A DNA stretch of 64,000 bases, taken from the sequence record OR496884.1. One strand, written 5' to 3'. Of the stretch, positions 1 to 9,594 are shown one piece after another; position 1 is the first letter of the stretch, and every line of letters begins with the position of its first letter. The translations under genes were made by a program, and so were the position numbers. The notes beneath the pieces are model-generated. The model searched no databases. It had not been told where the DNA came from and saw nothing but the letters and a program-made list of their open reading frames with translations.

Positions 1-2
1 TA

Positions 3-34
3 TACCTACCTAGCTCAAGTGAGCTAGGTAGGTA
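3..34. terminator. 14-bp perfect hairpin downstream of tailspike 1
   Basis: tacctacctagctc-aagt-gagctaggtaggta; T-rich tail with TATGTT follows on + strand. Confidence 0.75.
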
Positions 35-44
35 GTTTTATGTT

Positions 45-1817
45 TTATTCATCAAGACCTAAACGACTTGAAACTTCTGCAACTACAGTTACTTGGAGTG
101 TTTTTGTTCCAGAGTTATTTAAATTAACATTAATCGAAACTTTATCGGAAACAGCATTACTCGGAGTGATACTATTAAAATCAATTCCGTAGGTTCCGTA
201 TTTCCCACTAAAATCTAATGCAACAGTGTTTCCAACAACACGATACATCCCAGTTACTTTAAAACAAGATGTATTGTTACTGTTAGGGTCCCTAATCATT
301 ATCCAAAGTGAAACACCTCTGAATGATTGTGTTCCAGCATCGGGGATTGCGAGAGAAATGACGCCATTATCGCCAGCCGCGATCGAGCCACTATATTTGC
401 TGGAATAAACATATTTACCTGGAAGATCCAAATAGTTAGGATCGACTCTCAGCAAATTACCTAAATGTCGACTATCACTTGCGCCATTAAGTGTTGTATT
501 ATCGTTTCCGTATTCAATGACTTTACCACCTGAACCAGAAATAACAATTTGACGATTAACCCTGGACTGGTTATTTCTAAATAAATGATTAGCGGTTGCA
601 TGACGGACTGCCGCGATTGCACTACCGGATTCACCGTTAAGACTAACATTTTGGACTACAACACGTTCAGCGGTTTCATCCATGAAAATATCATGAGCGC
701 CAGCACCCCCACCTGTTAATGTAATTCCGTTAATATTAATACTTTTGTGTTTAGACCCTATTGCCAGTTCACCAAATTTGGTAATGGAAATACGATCAGC
801 AACACCACCGGAAATATTGATGTTATCTGTATCATTATGTTCGGCAGTAATTAAAATACGATCTTTAACAACACAGTCAGAAACAGATACGTTTGCGGTA
901 TCATCAATCCAAAGTTGTTTACCAAACGCACAAGCATCTACAGCTGCATAAGAAACTTTGTTGTTTTCAATTTCAAGTGAACCGTAGCTGTTGTTTTCAT
1001 CGTAACAACCTTGAACAATAATGAATCCATTACCATTGATAAAGTTGTAACTGGTTGCGTTCTGACCGTTATGAGTGGTACACCCAATACACTTAGCGTT
1101 TGTAATGCCGGTGTGTTGGAAGTGTCCCGCATTTTTACCGACAGGTGCAATTGATGTACACCCTAATAACAATGTATTTTTAACAACACGATTAGTCGGA
1201 TCGTCATCAGTTGAATAATAACCTTTCCCCCTAAAATCGGTTGAGTAAAAGAACCCTTCAAAACGATTATACAGAATCTTAATATCTTCGTAATCTGCAA
1301 CATCCTCATATGCAATCACTTGGAAAGCACGAGAAGAGCTAGAAAAGTTTTTAGATGTTTGTGTCCCAAGTAACATAGAAGTGAATTTAGATGTTTTAAG
1401 TCTAAATCCGTTATGCGTTAATGCAGCGTCTCCCGTTAATATAATTGGTTTAGAAATAGTTACTTTATCAAAAGTAAACGGTCCACCAATTAAACTTAAC
1501 GTCCCGCCACTAGGTGTCTCATCAATTGCTTGTTGAAGAAGTGCTGTAACATCTGATCCGTCAGTTGCAGGACGGTAATCATTAAACGATCTATAATCTC
1601 TTAAAACAAATCGACCATCATGTTCCCTAAGAACATCACTTAATAAGTTTTGTTTTAATTCTACTATTAATTTAGAGAGCGCATCAAACGTAGGTCTCTC
1701 CACACCGAATCGATCAATCCAACTTGTTAGAGTTGAATTTAACGCTTTATCTAAGTTCCCTGCGTTGAAGAACAAGTCTGTCATCGCAGTAGAACCAATA
1801 GGATTGTTGCTACCCAT
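45..1817 (-). CDS. Tailspike / polysaccharide depolymerase 1 (beta-helix, pectate-lyase-like)
   Basis: Start moved to ATG 1817 (GAGG RBS). N-terminal anchor MGSNNPIGSTAMTDLFFNAGNLDKAL...WIDRFGVER; then DxTxxLQxAID motif and N/D/G-rich beta-helix repeats. Confidence 0.8.
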   Translation of the reverse strand: MGSNNPIGSTAMTDLFFNAGNLDKALNSTLTSWIDRFGVERPTFDALSKLIVELKQNLLSDVLREHDGRFVLRDYRSFNDYRPATDGSDVTALLQQAIDETPSGGTLSLIGGPFTFDKVTISKPIILTGDAALTHNGFRLKTSKFTSMLLGTQTSKNFSSSSRAFQVIAYEDVADYEDIKILYNRFEGFFYSTDFRGKGYYSTDDDPTNRVVKNTLLLGCTSIAPVGKNAGHFQHTGITNAKCIGCTTHNGQNATSYNFINGNGFIIVQGCYDENNSYGSLEIENNKVSYAAVDACAFGKQLWIDDTANVSVSDCVVKDRILITAEHNDTDNINISGGVADRISITKFGELAIGSKHKSININGITLTGGGAGAHDIFMDETAERVVVQNVSLNGESGSAIAAVRHATANHLFRNNQSRVNRQIVISGSGGKVIEYGNDNTTLNGASDSRHLGNLLRVDPNYLDLPGKYVYSSKYSGSIAAGDNGVISLAIPDAGTQSFRGVSLWIMIRDPNSNNTSCFKVTGMYRVVGNTVALDFSGKYGTYGIDFNSITPSNAVSDKVSINVNLNNSGTKTLQVTVVAEVSSRLGLDE

Positions 1818-1883
1818 AACCAACCTCAAGTGTTTTGTCTAATAACAAATGATCTTATTACAAAACAAGTTAATAAATAATGT

Positions 1884-1915
1884 AACTTCTCCTAGGAATT
1901 ACCCTAGGAGAAGTT
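1884..1915. terminator. 13-bp hairpin between tailspikes 2 and 1
   Basis: aacttctcctagg-aattac-cctaggagaagtt. Confidence 0.7.
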
Positions 1916-1924
1916 TTAGTCTAA

Positions 1925-3688
1925 TTAACTAGGTTTTGTTTTACCAACAAATCGTCCCAATGTAGTTATTTCAAAAATGGCATTAACTTGATCAAATTCA
2001 GTGACAGTATTTTCCGCCCATAAATTCAAAACCAAATTGTTCCCTGATTTTATACATTCGTACCTTACTACAATTCTGGTTCCGGTTTGATTATTAAATC
2101 CTTCGACAATTGTTCCTAAAGTTCCAGAATTAGAACTTATATCAAATTGAATATGTGCATTTTTGATAAAGGACCCGGCTGTATCCACACCAGAAATTTT
2201 TATGTTAATGTGTGCATAACAATAAACATATGTAGTAGCAAAATTATGTATTTCCAAACAAGGAACTTTTGTCATCCCAAGTAGATCAAGTTTCTTACCA
2301 AAAATAACTTTTTCGCCACCTAAATTTGTATCGACGTCTAATAAAACTGGATAGCGTGAAACCTTAGAAATTAACTCCTCAGAACTAATTCTCTTGGTAT
2401 ACAAAATACTCTTACCATCAACAGAATACAGTTGAAGTTTCTTTCTGGAAAAGTTTTCAACCTGTGTTAATTCCCAATCTTCAGTTCCGGTATGTGTATG
2501 ACCTTTGACGTCGAAATAGAATGCCTTTGGACCCATGTCAATTAAGTATAAAGGTCCAGGTGTTTCAGCTGTTTTACCAAGGTTTGTTTTAATATTTTCA
2601 AATGTCCAGTTAGTACATTGACCTTGATAACCTGCTATTACTTTATTGGATATAGACTTTCCGCCAAAGAACTTTGGTGTTCCTGTAAATGAGACATTCC
2701 CCTTTGTGTGAGTAGAACTATCGATTACAGCAATACCGGGTTGTTCAAAATACGGATTATGGAAATTTAAATCAAATATTCGGGCGCCAATAGAAACTGA
2801 ATTAGGAGAAGCAAATTCGCAATCAGTAAAACGGATACCTTGCATCCCTAAAGAAAGCGGTAAAGTGGGTTCAACAAATTCGATATCCCATTCCGTGGCA
2901 TGTGAGAACCGGCAACTAGTCCAAATGTTTAAATTACTGAAATCGGTAATTCTTAAATTGATTCTGTTTTTTCTGTACCAAACAGATTTAGTATGGCACC
3001 AGTAACAGCCGGTGACGTCAGTAGTCCCGATGCCATCTTGTTGAGCTATATCAAAGCCTTCAATAATCAATTCTTCTAAATTATCCCACCACGCTTCTCC
3101 GCGATGAAGTCCGATGCCTTTATTATTCGCACCAAGCAATGTTAGCTTTTTAATGCTTGTGTGATACTGACCAGTATTATTTCCGATTATTGCGTCATTT
3201 CTTGATTTTAATAAAACCTTTTCGTACATTATTGCAGGTGTTGCTAAATCGGTATTTTCCCAATATAGTTCGGTTGCATATTGTCCAACACCTTCAATGT
3301 GTACACCAGCCCTTCTTTTTATTGTTGTCGAAAAACGATAACGCTCTCCCTCAAGAATAATTGAAGACCCATAAGGTAATGAAGAAATAACAGCGTTAAT
3401 AACAGGACCGTAATCTAAAACAGCTGCAAAATAAGGAATAAACTTTTTAACATCTAAAACTCGTTTTACAGTAACATCACCGTGTCCTATTTTATCTGAT
3501 CCTAAGGGACCTGAAATATTATTGATTAAATCAGTAACATTTCTTTCCATGTAAGAGTACGTAATACGCTGAACACCAAATCTATCTGTCCAAATATTTG
3601 CATCAGAATGCATTGCCTTATCTAAATTGGCAGCGTTTAGGAATAACTCATTCATTCCATTACTGCCAATAGGCGGAATACTACTCAT
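1925..3688 (-). CDS. Tailspike / polysaccharide depolymerase 2
   Basis: Same anchor (PPIGSNGMNELFLNAANLDKAM...WTDRFGVQR); beta-helix start ERYRFSTTI...VHIEGVG...TELY. Confidence 0.78.
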   Translation of the reverse strand: MSSIPPIGSNGMNELFLNAANLDKAMHSDANIWTDRFGVQRITYSYMERNVTDLINNISGPLGSDKIGHGDVTVKRVLDVKKFIPYFAAVLDYGPVINAVISSLPYGSSIILEGERYRFSTTIKRRAGVHIEGVGQYATELYWENTDLATPAIMYEKVLLKSRNDAIIGNNTGQYHTSIKKLTLLGANNKGIGLHRGEAWWDNLEELIIEGFDIAQQDGIGTTDVTGCYWCHTKSVWYRKNRINLRITDFSNLNIWTSCRFSHATEWDIEFVEPTLPLSLGMQGIRFTDCEFASPNSVSIGARIFDLNFHNPYFEQPGIAVIDSSTHTKGNVSFTGTPKFFGGKSISNKVIAGYQGQCTNWTFENIKTNLGKTAETPGPLYLIDMGPKAFYFDVKGHTHTGTEDWELTQVENFSRKKLQLYSVDGKSILYTKRISSEELISKVSRYPVLLDVDTNLGGEKVIFGKKLDLLGMTKVPCLEIHNFATTYVYCYAHINIKISGVDTAGSFIKNAHIQFDISSNSGTLGTIVEGFNNQTGTRIVVRYECIKSGNNLVLNLWAENTVTEFDQVNAIFEITTLGRFVGKTKPS

Positions 3689-3779
3689 AGATTAAACTCC
3701 TATTAACTGTTTTACTCAGACGGTATTACAAACGATCCACTTGACATTATGATAGTTCCAGTTTAAATAAAAAAAAAAT

Positions 3780-3819
3780 AAAAGTATTCTACTTCCCAGT
3801 TGGGAAGTAGAATACTTTT
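3780..3819. terminator. 19-bp perfect hairpin with long T tract on - strand
   Basis: aaaagtattctacttccca-gt-tgggaagtagaatactttt; A-run at ~3769-3778. Confidence 0.8.
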
Positions 3820-3833
3820 TACATAGACCGTTA

Positions 3834-4466
3834 TTAATTATAACTACAAATCCTACTTAACAAATCAATATGATTTAAATAAGCAGCTTGATTCATGTGA
3901 CATTTATAACTTGTTACTTCATTATACATCAACACCCTACTATCAAAACCCCTTACTTCATTTTTAGATCCAAAAGGATTATCATCAATCAATAAAATTC
4001 TTGAACTAGGATACATTTTTTCTAAATAGCCCAATTTATCTTTATTGATTTCATGATCAATAGAATGTATCATATCAAACTTATTTTCCAACCCATGTTT
4101 CTTTAGATAATTATAAGTACTCATCCAAGCCTCTATATTGTCGCCTCTATGAGTACAAATAACAATCTTTATACTGTTCCCAAAATGAACTCTAGCTCCA
4201 TCCAATACTCCAACTAAATTTCTTAATAACTCACTTGGTTGCGCTTCATTCATATACTCTCGTTTTTCTATTACTTCTTTTAAAACAATTTGTTTCAAAT
4301 CCCCGGTATAATCACTAAAATGAACAAATGGATTCTCTGTTAACCACACTGACTCTTCTAGCAAAAAGTTATTAAGACAATAGTGTAAAGTTCTTTTATA
4401 AACTTCATTGTGAGTATTACACAATGTATCATCCATATCAAATGCCAAAATCATATCGTGATGCAT
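3834..4466 (-). CDS. HAD-superfamily phosphatase, 5'(3')-nucleotidase-like
   Basis: Motif I AFDMDDTL, motif II ICTHRG, motif IV LIDDNP. Confidence 0.75.
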   Translation of the reverse strand: MHHDMILAFDMDDTLCNTHNEVYKRTLHYCLNNFLLEESVWLTENPFVHFSDYTGDLKQIVLKEVIEKREYMNEAQPSELLRNLVGVLDGARVHFGNSIKIVICTHRGDNIEAWMSTYNYLKKHGLENKFDMIHSIDHEINKDKLGYLEKMYPSSRILLIDDNPFGSKNEVRGFDSRVLMYNEVTSYKCHMNQAAYLNHIDLLSRICSYN

Positions 4467-4497
4467 AGTAACTACTAAAAATAATTACAAGTATTAA

Positions 4498-4517
4498 TTA
4501 CGCAGTGATAATGTCTA
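4498..4517 (-). promoter_or_regulatory. Candidate phage early-type promoter
   Basis: - strand TAGACATTATCACTGCGTAA, 16/20 identical to the element at 16589-16608; 41 nt upstream of the HAD gene. Confidence 0.5.
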
Positions 4518-4577
4518 CTTGATCCAAAATGGATATTAAATATTTTGGATTTAACTGTATAAACTAAGGAATTAGTA

Positions 4578-5522
4578 ATGAACGTTAATATTGATAACCT
4601 TGAACACGTATTTCAAACATTGAATGGATTTGAATCGTTAAGTTCTGGTGATACAACTTCTCCAGATTCTATTTATGCAAAAACAGTTTTAAAGTTAAAT
4701 GGGGTAGATTTTAAAGGCAGAGAAGGTTCTGAAAGTTTTATATCTTCTTTAAAAGCCGGTGCTAAAAAAGTTTATGAAATGATTAAAAACTTTATTAAGG
4801 CTGTTAGAGATTTCTTTTTTGGCAGTAAGGGGCCCAAACAAACTAAAACTATTAATGACGCCATTAAAAACACGCAAAATAATAGTAAAGAAATAATCAG
4901 TAAAAAGAATAATAACAGTTTCGATGAAACAGAGATAAGTGCACTTAGTGCCTATAAAACAGAAAAAGAACGTATCCAAAAATTAATGAATAATGAAAAA
5001 ATTAAACTTGAAACTTACAACAGCACGACATTTTTACTAAAATTTAGCGATAGCATTTGGACTGCTGGGATTGCCGGTACAAGGTTGAGTGAGATCCCTG
5101 GAATTTCGATATCTGACTTAAAATCTACGGCTGCACGCCTAGAAGATATAAACACAGCAATTGGATTTATATCCGAGAAGCAATCAGCTAAACATAACTT
5201 TTACACTAATCAAGAGCGTGTAAGTATTTTTGATACCATTCCGCCACTTGTTGAATTGCAAAAATTGTTTAATGAGATGAGGACTGTCGCTTCTAATGCT
5301 CTAGCGACGGTTACTAAAGATCTTGAACATAACAATGAACTAGCAAATAAACAAGAAAATAGTGATAGTGTTGAATTAAAATATGCCGCTGAAAAGGTTA
5401 GGAGATTGTGTAACAAGATGGTGACTGCGTCTAATAAATTAACTGAATTGATTAAACATTGCGATAATAAAATTATTAAAATTAATCAAGTTATGGAAGC
5501 AGTGAAAGAGCTAACTTCTTAA
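4578..5522 (+). CDS. Probable internal head (ejection) protein, phiKZ-like family
   Basis: N-terminal G-x-E motifs (NGFESL, GREGSESF) followed by amphipathic FISSLKAGAKKVYEMIKNFIKAVRDFF and a helical body; pattern resembles cleaved giant-phage head proteins. Confidence 0.55.
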   Translation: MNVNIDNLEHVFQTLNGFESLSSGDTTSPDSIYAKTVLKLNGVDFKGREGSESFISSLKAGAKKVYEMIKNFIKAVRDFFFGSKGPKQTKTINDAIKNTQNNSKEIISKKNNNSFDETEISALSAYKTEKERIQKLMNNEKIKLETYNSTTFLLKFSDSIWTAGIAGTRLSEIPGISISDLKSTAARLEDINTAIGFISEKQSAKHNFYTNQERVSIFDTIPPLVELQKLFNEMRTVASNALATVTKDLEHNNELANKQENSDSVELKYAAEKVRRLCNKMVTASNKLTELIKHCDNKIIKINQVMEAVKELTS

Positions 5523-5534
5523 CGACAGTCGCGT

Positions 5535-5602
5535 TGGGAAATATTTTTAATATTTCCCAGATACAAAAATCCCTACCTACCCAATGGGTAGGTAGGGATT
5601 TT
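5535..5602. terminator. Tandem hairpins at a convergent junction
   Basis: tgggaaatatt-ttt-aatatttccca (5535-5559) and aaaatccctacctaccca-a-tgggtaggtagggatttt (5566-5602). Confidence 0.75.
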
Positions 5603-5606
5603 ATCG

Positions 5607-5696
5607 TTAGTGGAAGTAATACTTTTGTTGTACATTTCCGGCTTTAAAGAAAAGATCTGGTATTGTTGTTGACCCAATAGGGTTAGTACTACTCAT
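5607..5696 (-). pseudogene. Truncated fifth tailspike gene (anchor only, 29 aa)
   Basis: Hand translation MSSTNPIGSTTIPDLFFKAGNVQQKYYFH*; AGGAG RBS intact; matches tailspike 1 NPIGST..DLFF.AGN; below ORF-track cutoff. Confidence 0.85.
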
Positions 5697-5709
5697 TTAG
5701 GTCTCCTAA

Positions 5710-5735
5710 TAAATGGGGTAAAATCCCCCCATTTA
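5710..5735. terminator. Hairpin after tailspike 3
   Basis: taaatgggg...ccccattta (9-bp stem). Confidence 0.55.
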
Positions 5736-5738
5736 AAA

Positions 5739-7676
5739 TTATAGTTTTTTACCTTTTATCCATCTTACTGCCGATGCCGAACTTACAGAAATTATTTTTA
5801 ACGTAAATTCATCTATTACATCGACTCTAACAACGCCGCCATCTATATGAGGAAATGTAATATAATCACCTACTCTAAAACCGGTTGCTCTTGAATAAGG
5901 ATAACCCTCGTGCGACATGAATTGTCCATTTCCTACTGTACCGATACCTACAATAATGGAATCAAACTCAAAAACAGAACAAGGTAAAGTAATCAAGGTA
6001 TTAGGAGTAAAATCACCTTGGTTAGTCAGATTCTGTATCCCATTGATAGTGTACCCTGTTTCGGTTAGAATTGTTGAAAGGTATTTTCTGTTTGGTGGGA
6101 CGGTGGGACCAAACCTATTAAAGTCCATCCTGACGTTATCGCCTTTAGAAAGACAACGTATAGCAGCAAAGGTCAAACCAATTTCGTTGATAAAATTATC
6201 ACCAATATAAACATTTGGTTTTGCATCTACACCCGCTTCTAAACGGATGACATCACGGTCACCGTCAATCCCGCAATTATAGAATTTATTTTTGGTTAAT
6301 TCAAGATAATCAGCATCTGGACCAATTAACAACGCGGTTTTATTAACATTTCTAAAAATGTTATTTTCAGTATATACTCGACTTGCTTTACTAATATACA
6401 TTCCACCAGAAAGAAAAAGACCTTCATCTGGGTTAGATATCATGCTATCTATCATGTTATTAAATAGAATAATGTCTTCAGATGGATACGCATTGGGAAC
6501 ATAATTATTTACTACAATTGAATTTCCGCCATTCAAATTGGAGACTTTCGCCCCGCTGCCGTCGTAATCATACAAAATTTTGTTAATCCCGGCTACAAGA
6601 TCTTTACAGGAATCAATCACTAACCCTCGTTGAAATGCCCCTCTGGTACGATTGTTTAAGACAATAGAATCATGTAAATTTGTACACTTTATTGGATAAA
6701 TCGTTCTATTAATTTCAAGATTAATGAAATTAATTTTTGTATGTGGTTTGAGACGATCTGGATTAGCCGCGTGCGAACCAACGCCTCCATGGCACATGTC
6801 AAATCGACTATTGGTTATTAAAATATTATTGCAAGGTGTTCCGTCCCAGGGCGGTCCTGCAGGAGCCCCAGCTTGTGATGAATAATCTATCTGTATTGCT
6901 TCATACCCATAAACGGTTGATAGGTCTAGATGGAAATTTCCAAAAAATCCGCAATTATCAACAAGAACATTTTCGCAAGAATTAAATTCAAAAATATGAG
7001 TTTCACGGCCATTATAAAAGTCTATACCAAAAACATAAATATTTTTAGAGTGTACAGGCGTAAAAAACCCTCGGTAACCCGTCGAAATCTTATCACCACC
7101 TAAGAAAATTTTTGCACGTCCATTAAAACATACAAAATTTATTCTATTTCCTAAATCGTATTCCCCAATTATATTCGTGGTTCCGCCGTCAAAAGCAACG
7201 GCCATGCCACCGACATTACAATCAAGTTCAGTACCGGTTTCTAACACCCAGGATGTTGAGTAAGGAATAAATAATCTCCCGGAAATTTTATATTTCCCAT
7301 ATGGGAAATATATTGATCTCCAAACACCTGCAGCCAAAATAGCTTTTTGTATTCCATCAGTAGAATCAGTTTCACCTGTTGGATCTACACCTGGAAATTG
7401 TAATACAGATACTTTTTCTTTAAACATTAATTCTATCGGTACTACTTTTGAACCTTCGCCTTCTTGTTGGAAACCTAAAAGTTCACTTCCCAGTTTAGTT
7501 GAAAAATCATTTTTTAAATTTAAAACTTCTCTTTCAACCAAATGGTACGTTTTTCTTTGTGTACCGAATCGATCCATCCAAAAATCTTCATTACTATGCA
7601 GCGCACGATCCAAATTTCCGGCGTTTGTTAGTAAATCAGACATTGTGCTAGACCCTATTGGGTTTTGACTACTCAT
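5739..7676 (-). CDS. Tailspike / polysaccharide depolymerase 3 (pectate_lyase_3-like)
   Basis: Anchor MSSQNPIGSSTMSDLLTNAGNLDRAL...WMDRFGTQR; GVDPTGETDSTDGIQKAI...IYFPYGKYKIS; EAIQID...DGTPCNNI...GVGSH. Confidence 0.82.
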   Translation of the reverse strand: MSSQNPIGSSTMSDLLTNAGNLDRALHSNEDFWMDRFGTQRKTYHLVEREVLNLKNDFSTKLGSELLGFQQEGEGSKVVPIELMFKEKVSVLQFPGVDPTGETDSTDGIQKAILAAGVWRSIYFPYGKYKISGRLFIPYSTSWVLETGTELDCNVGGMAVAFDGGTTNIIGEYDLGNRINFVCFNGRAKIFLGGDKISTGYRGFFTPVHSKNIYVFGIDFYNGRETHIFEFNSCENVLVDNCGFFGNFHLDLSTVYGYEAIQIDYSSQAGAPAGPPWDGTPCNNILITNSRFDMCHGGVGSHAANPDRLKPHTKINFINLEINRTIYPIKCTNLHDSIVLNNRTRGAFQRGLVIDSCKDLVAGINKILYDYDGSGAKVSNLNGGNSIVVNNYVPNAYPSEDIILFNNMIDSMISNPDEGLFLSGGMYISKASRVYTENNIFRNVNKTALLIGPDADYLELTKNKFYNCGIDGDRDVIRLEAGVDAKPNVYIGDNFINEIGLTFAAIRCLSKGDNVRMDFNRFGPTVPPNRKYLSTILTETGYTINGIQNLTNQGDFTPNTLITLPCSVFEFDSIIVGIGTVGNGQFMSHEGYPYSRATGFRVGDYITFPHIDGGVVRVDVIDEFTLKIISVSSASAVRWIKGKKL

Positions 7677-7692
7677 ATGTCATCCTCTTAAA

Positions 7693-7722
7693 GTTAGTAT
7701 CCCTTACATAAGGGATACTAAC
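7693..7722. terminator. 14-bp hairpin between tailspikes 4 and 3
   Basis: gttagtatccctta-ca-taagggatactaac. Confidence 0.7.
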
Positions 7723-7728
7723 ATTTTG

Positions 7729-9594
7729 TTATATTAGTGCTTTAATACTAATATTAGTATTTGAAAAACTGGTTATGATTTCACATCCAGCATTCCCGGT
7801 TACATATTGTACCCGATAAACCTTTCCTGCTAAAAGTTTAATCGCTATATATGGAATAGGTAGCGTGTTAATTCCTGAAAATACTCTGGTATCAAAGAAA
7901 GTTTGTAAAACAAAATTATCAGTTTCATTGAATAATCGAATCGCCACTCTGGTCCCATCGGCTGGGACATTGACTGTAAATATTCCGCTAAATGAATATA
8001 TACAATCTTCTATGGGGACTATTCCTACATCTACCCATTCCCCGTTTAAATTTTTACCAACTTGTGTAAAGGGGATGTTGACAAAATTTCCAGTTGCGGT
8101 AGGGGTGAAATTTGCTGAAAATCCAAGTTGGATATCTGAGATAGGTGTATTTCCTTGATTAGGAACTGCAGACTTTAATTCAACAGCTGAAAGTATTCTC
8201 CCGCCCGCATTGGAAAGTATGTGGGGTTTTGATCCAAACTCACACATAGAGTCTATTTCAATACGCATTTCGGTATTTCTGGAAATAGACATTGCATAAG
8301 TAAGTGCGTCAGATATATTCTTGTTACCTTTAAATCTGAGTAACTTACAAACGGATCCAGCTATATTGTAACTTGTAGTATAAGAATTTCCCATGTTACT
8401 ATGGGATGCGGGATCTAATGTGTTATAGAAGAAATCCACATTACATCTTTGGGGGTTATTTACCGATCCATATTTTTCAACAACAAATCTTCCAGCTGTG
8501 TTACCAATGAATGTGATGTCTTTCATTTCAAACGTGGAATACTGACTTCCTGTTGAAACTCTTAATACTCGAGCAAAACAAGAAGATACCTTGACACCGC
8601 TAGAAGAAGAAATCCAAATATCATGTTCAAAATTGCAATTGATAATCCGGCCATTACAATTTTCGGAATCTTCTATCTGTGCACCCGCCTCAACGTTTGT
8701 CAACGTCTGGGCTAATCCCGTTTCTGAACAACCATCTATCAAGATTGTTTTACATCTGGCGGCACCAAAAACACTAGTATTTCTTCCACCGGTAACATCA
8801 GAATGCAGGTATTTTACATCGTCAACACTAAAACATAAAAAATGCCCGCCGTTGACTTCATTGGATGCAGTTGATTTACAAGAATCAATAATAACTCTTT
8901 TAGTGGGGTAACCCGTTAATGCGGTTATTGAGGTTCCTGCCCGCACTGCGTAAAAGCCGCCTTTAAATTCTGTACCAAGACACTTTACTTCATCAATACC
9001 ATCTATGTCATTAGGTTCTGCTCGAATTAAAACACCTCTTGTTGTTGATTCTAAGGTCAAACCAAATACATGAGTAATTTTACCTCTAGCGTGAACGTGA
9101 GGAAGACCGGTCACGACACCAGCAAAAACAATTTTAGTTGTTTTTGGGCCGTGGATTATCGTATTTTGTAAATTTAAAATAGTACCGTTAACTAAATAGT
9201 AGTTAGCTGGATTTTTTGGTTCTGGAAAATAAATAGGTCTTCCGGTAGCAAGGGCTAACTTTAAAACAGTACTAATATCAGTTTGATTGGCACGAGCGTT
9301 ATAAGGCGCGTCTGTTATATCTATGGCATTTGCCAATTTAAATCCAACTGTTGCAGGTAGATGTTCTAAATCGCTACTAAATCCAATTTTTCCAGCACCA
9401 GCACCTTGTGCATATGAAAATTCAAAATCATTAACTTTACGTTCCATGCGAGAATAAGTAATGCGCTCTACCCCGAATCTATCGGTGAACGTATCTTCTT
9501 CACTATTCATTGCAAAATCTAAATTTGTTGCATTTAAATAGGCGTCACGGAAGTCTGGACTTCCTATGGGATTACCCGTGCTACTCATGTCCAT
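7729..9594 (-). CDS. Tailspike / depolymerase 4 with C1q-like C-terminal domain
   Basis: Anchor TGNPIGSPDFRDAYLNATNLDFAMNS...FTDRFGVER; beta-helix; C-terminus FSANF...IPFTQVGKNLNG...IYSFSG...KLLAGKVYRVQ resembles the C1q/TNF fold. Confidence 0.8.
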   Translation of the reverse strand: MDMSSTGNPIGSPDFRDAYLNATNLDFAMNSEEDTFTDRFGVERITYSRMERKVNDFEFSYAQGAGAGKIGFSSDLEHLPATVGFKLANAIDITDAPYNARANQTDISTVLKLALATGRPIYFPEPKNPANYYLVNGTILNLQNTIIHGPKTTKIVFAGVVTGLPHVHARGKITHVFGLTLESTTRGVLIRAEPNDIDGIDEVKCLGTEFKGGFYAVRAGTSITALTGYPTKRVIIDSCKSTASNEVNGGHFLCFSVDDVKYLHSDVTGGRNTSVFGAARCKTILIDGCSETGLAQTLTNVEAGAQIEDSENCNGRIINCNFEHDIWISSSSGVKVSSCFARVLRVSTGSQYSTFEMKDITFIGNTAGRFVVEKYGSVNNPQRCNVDFFYNTLDPASHSNMGNSYTTSYNIAGSVCKLLRFKGNKNISDALTYAMSISRNTEMRIEIDSMCEFGSKPHILSNAGGRILSAVELKSAVPNQGNTPISDIQLGFSANFTPTATGNFVNIPFTQVGKNLNGEWVDVGIVPIEDCIYSFSGIFTVNVPADGTRVAIRLFNETDNFVLQTFFDTRVFSGINTLPIPYIAIKLLAGKVYRVQYVTGNAGCEIITSFSNTNISIKALI

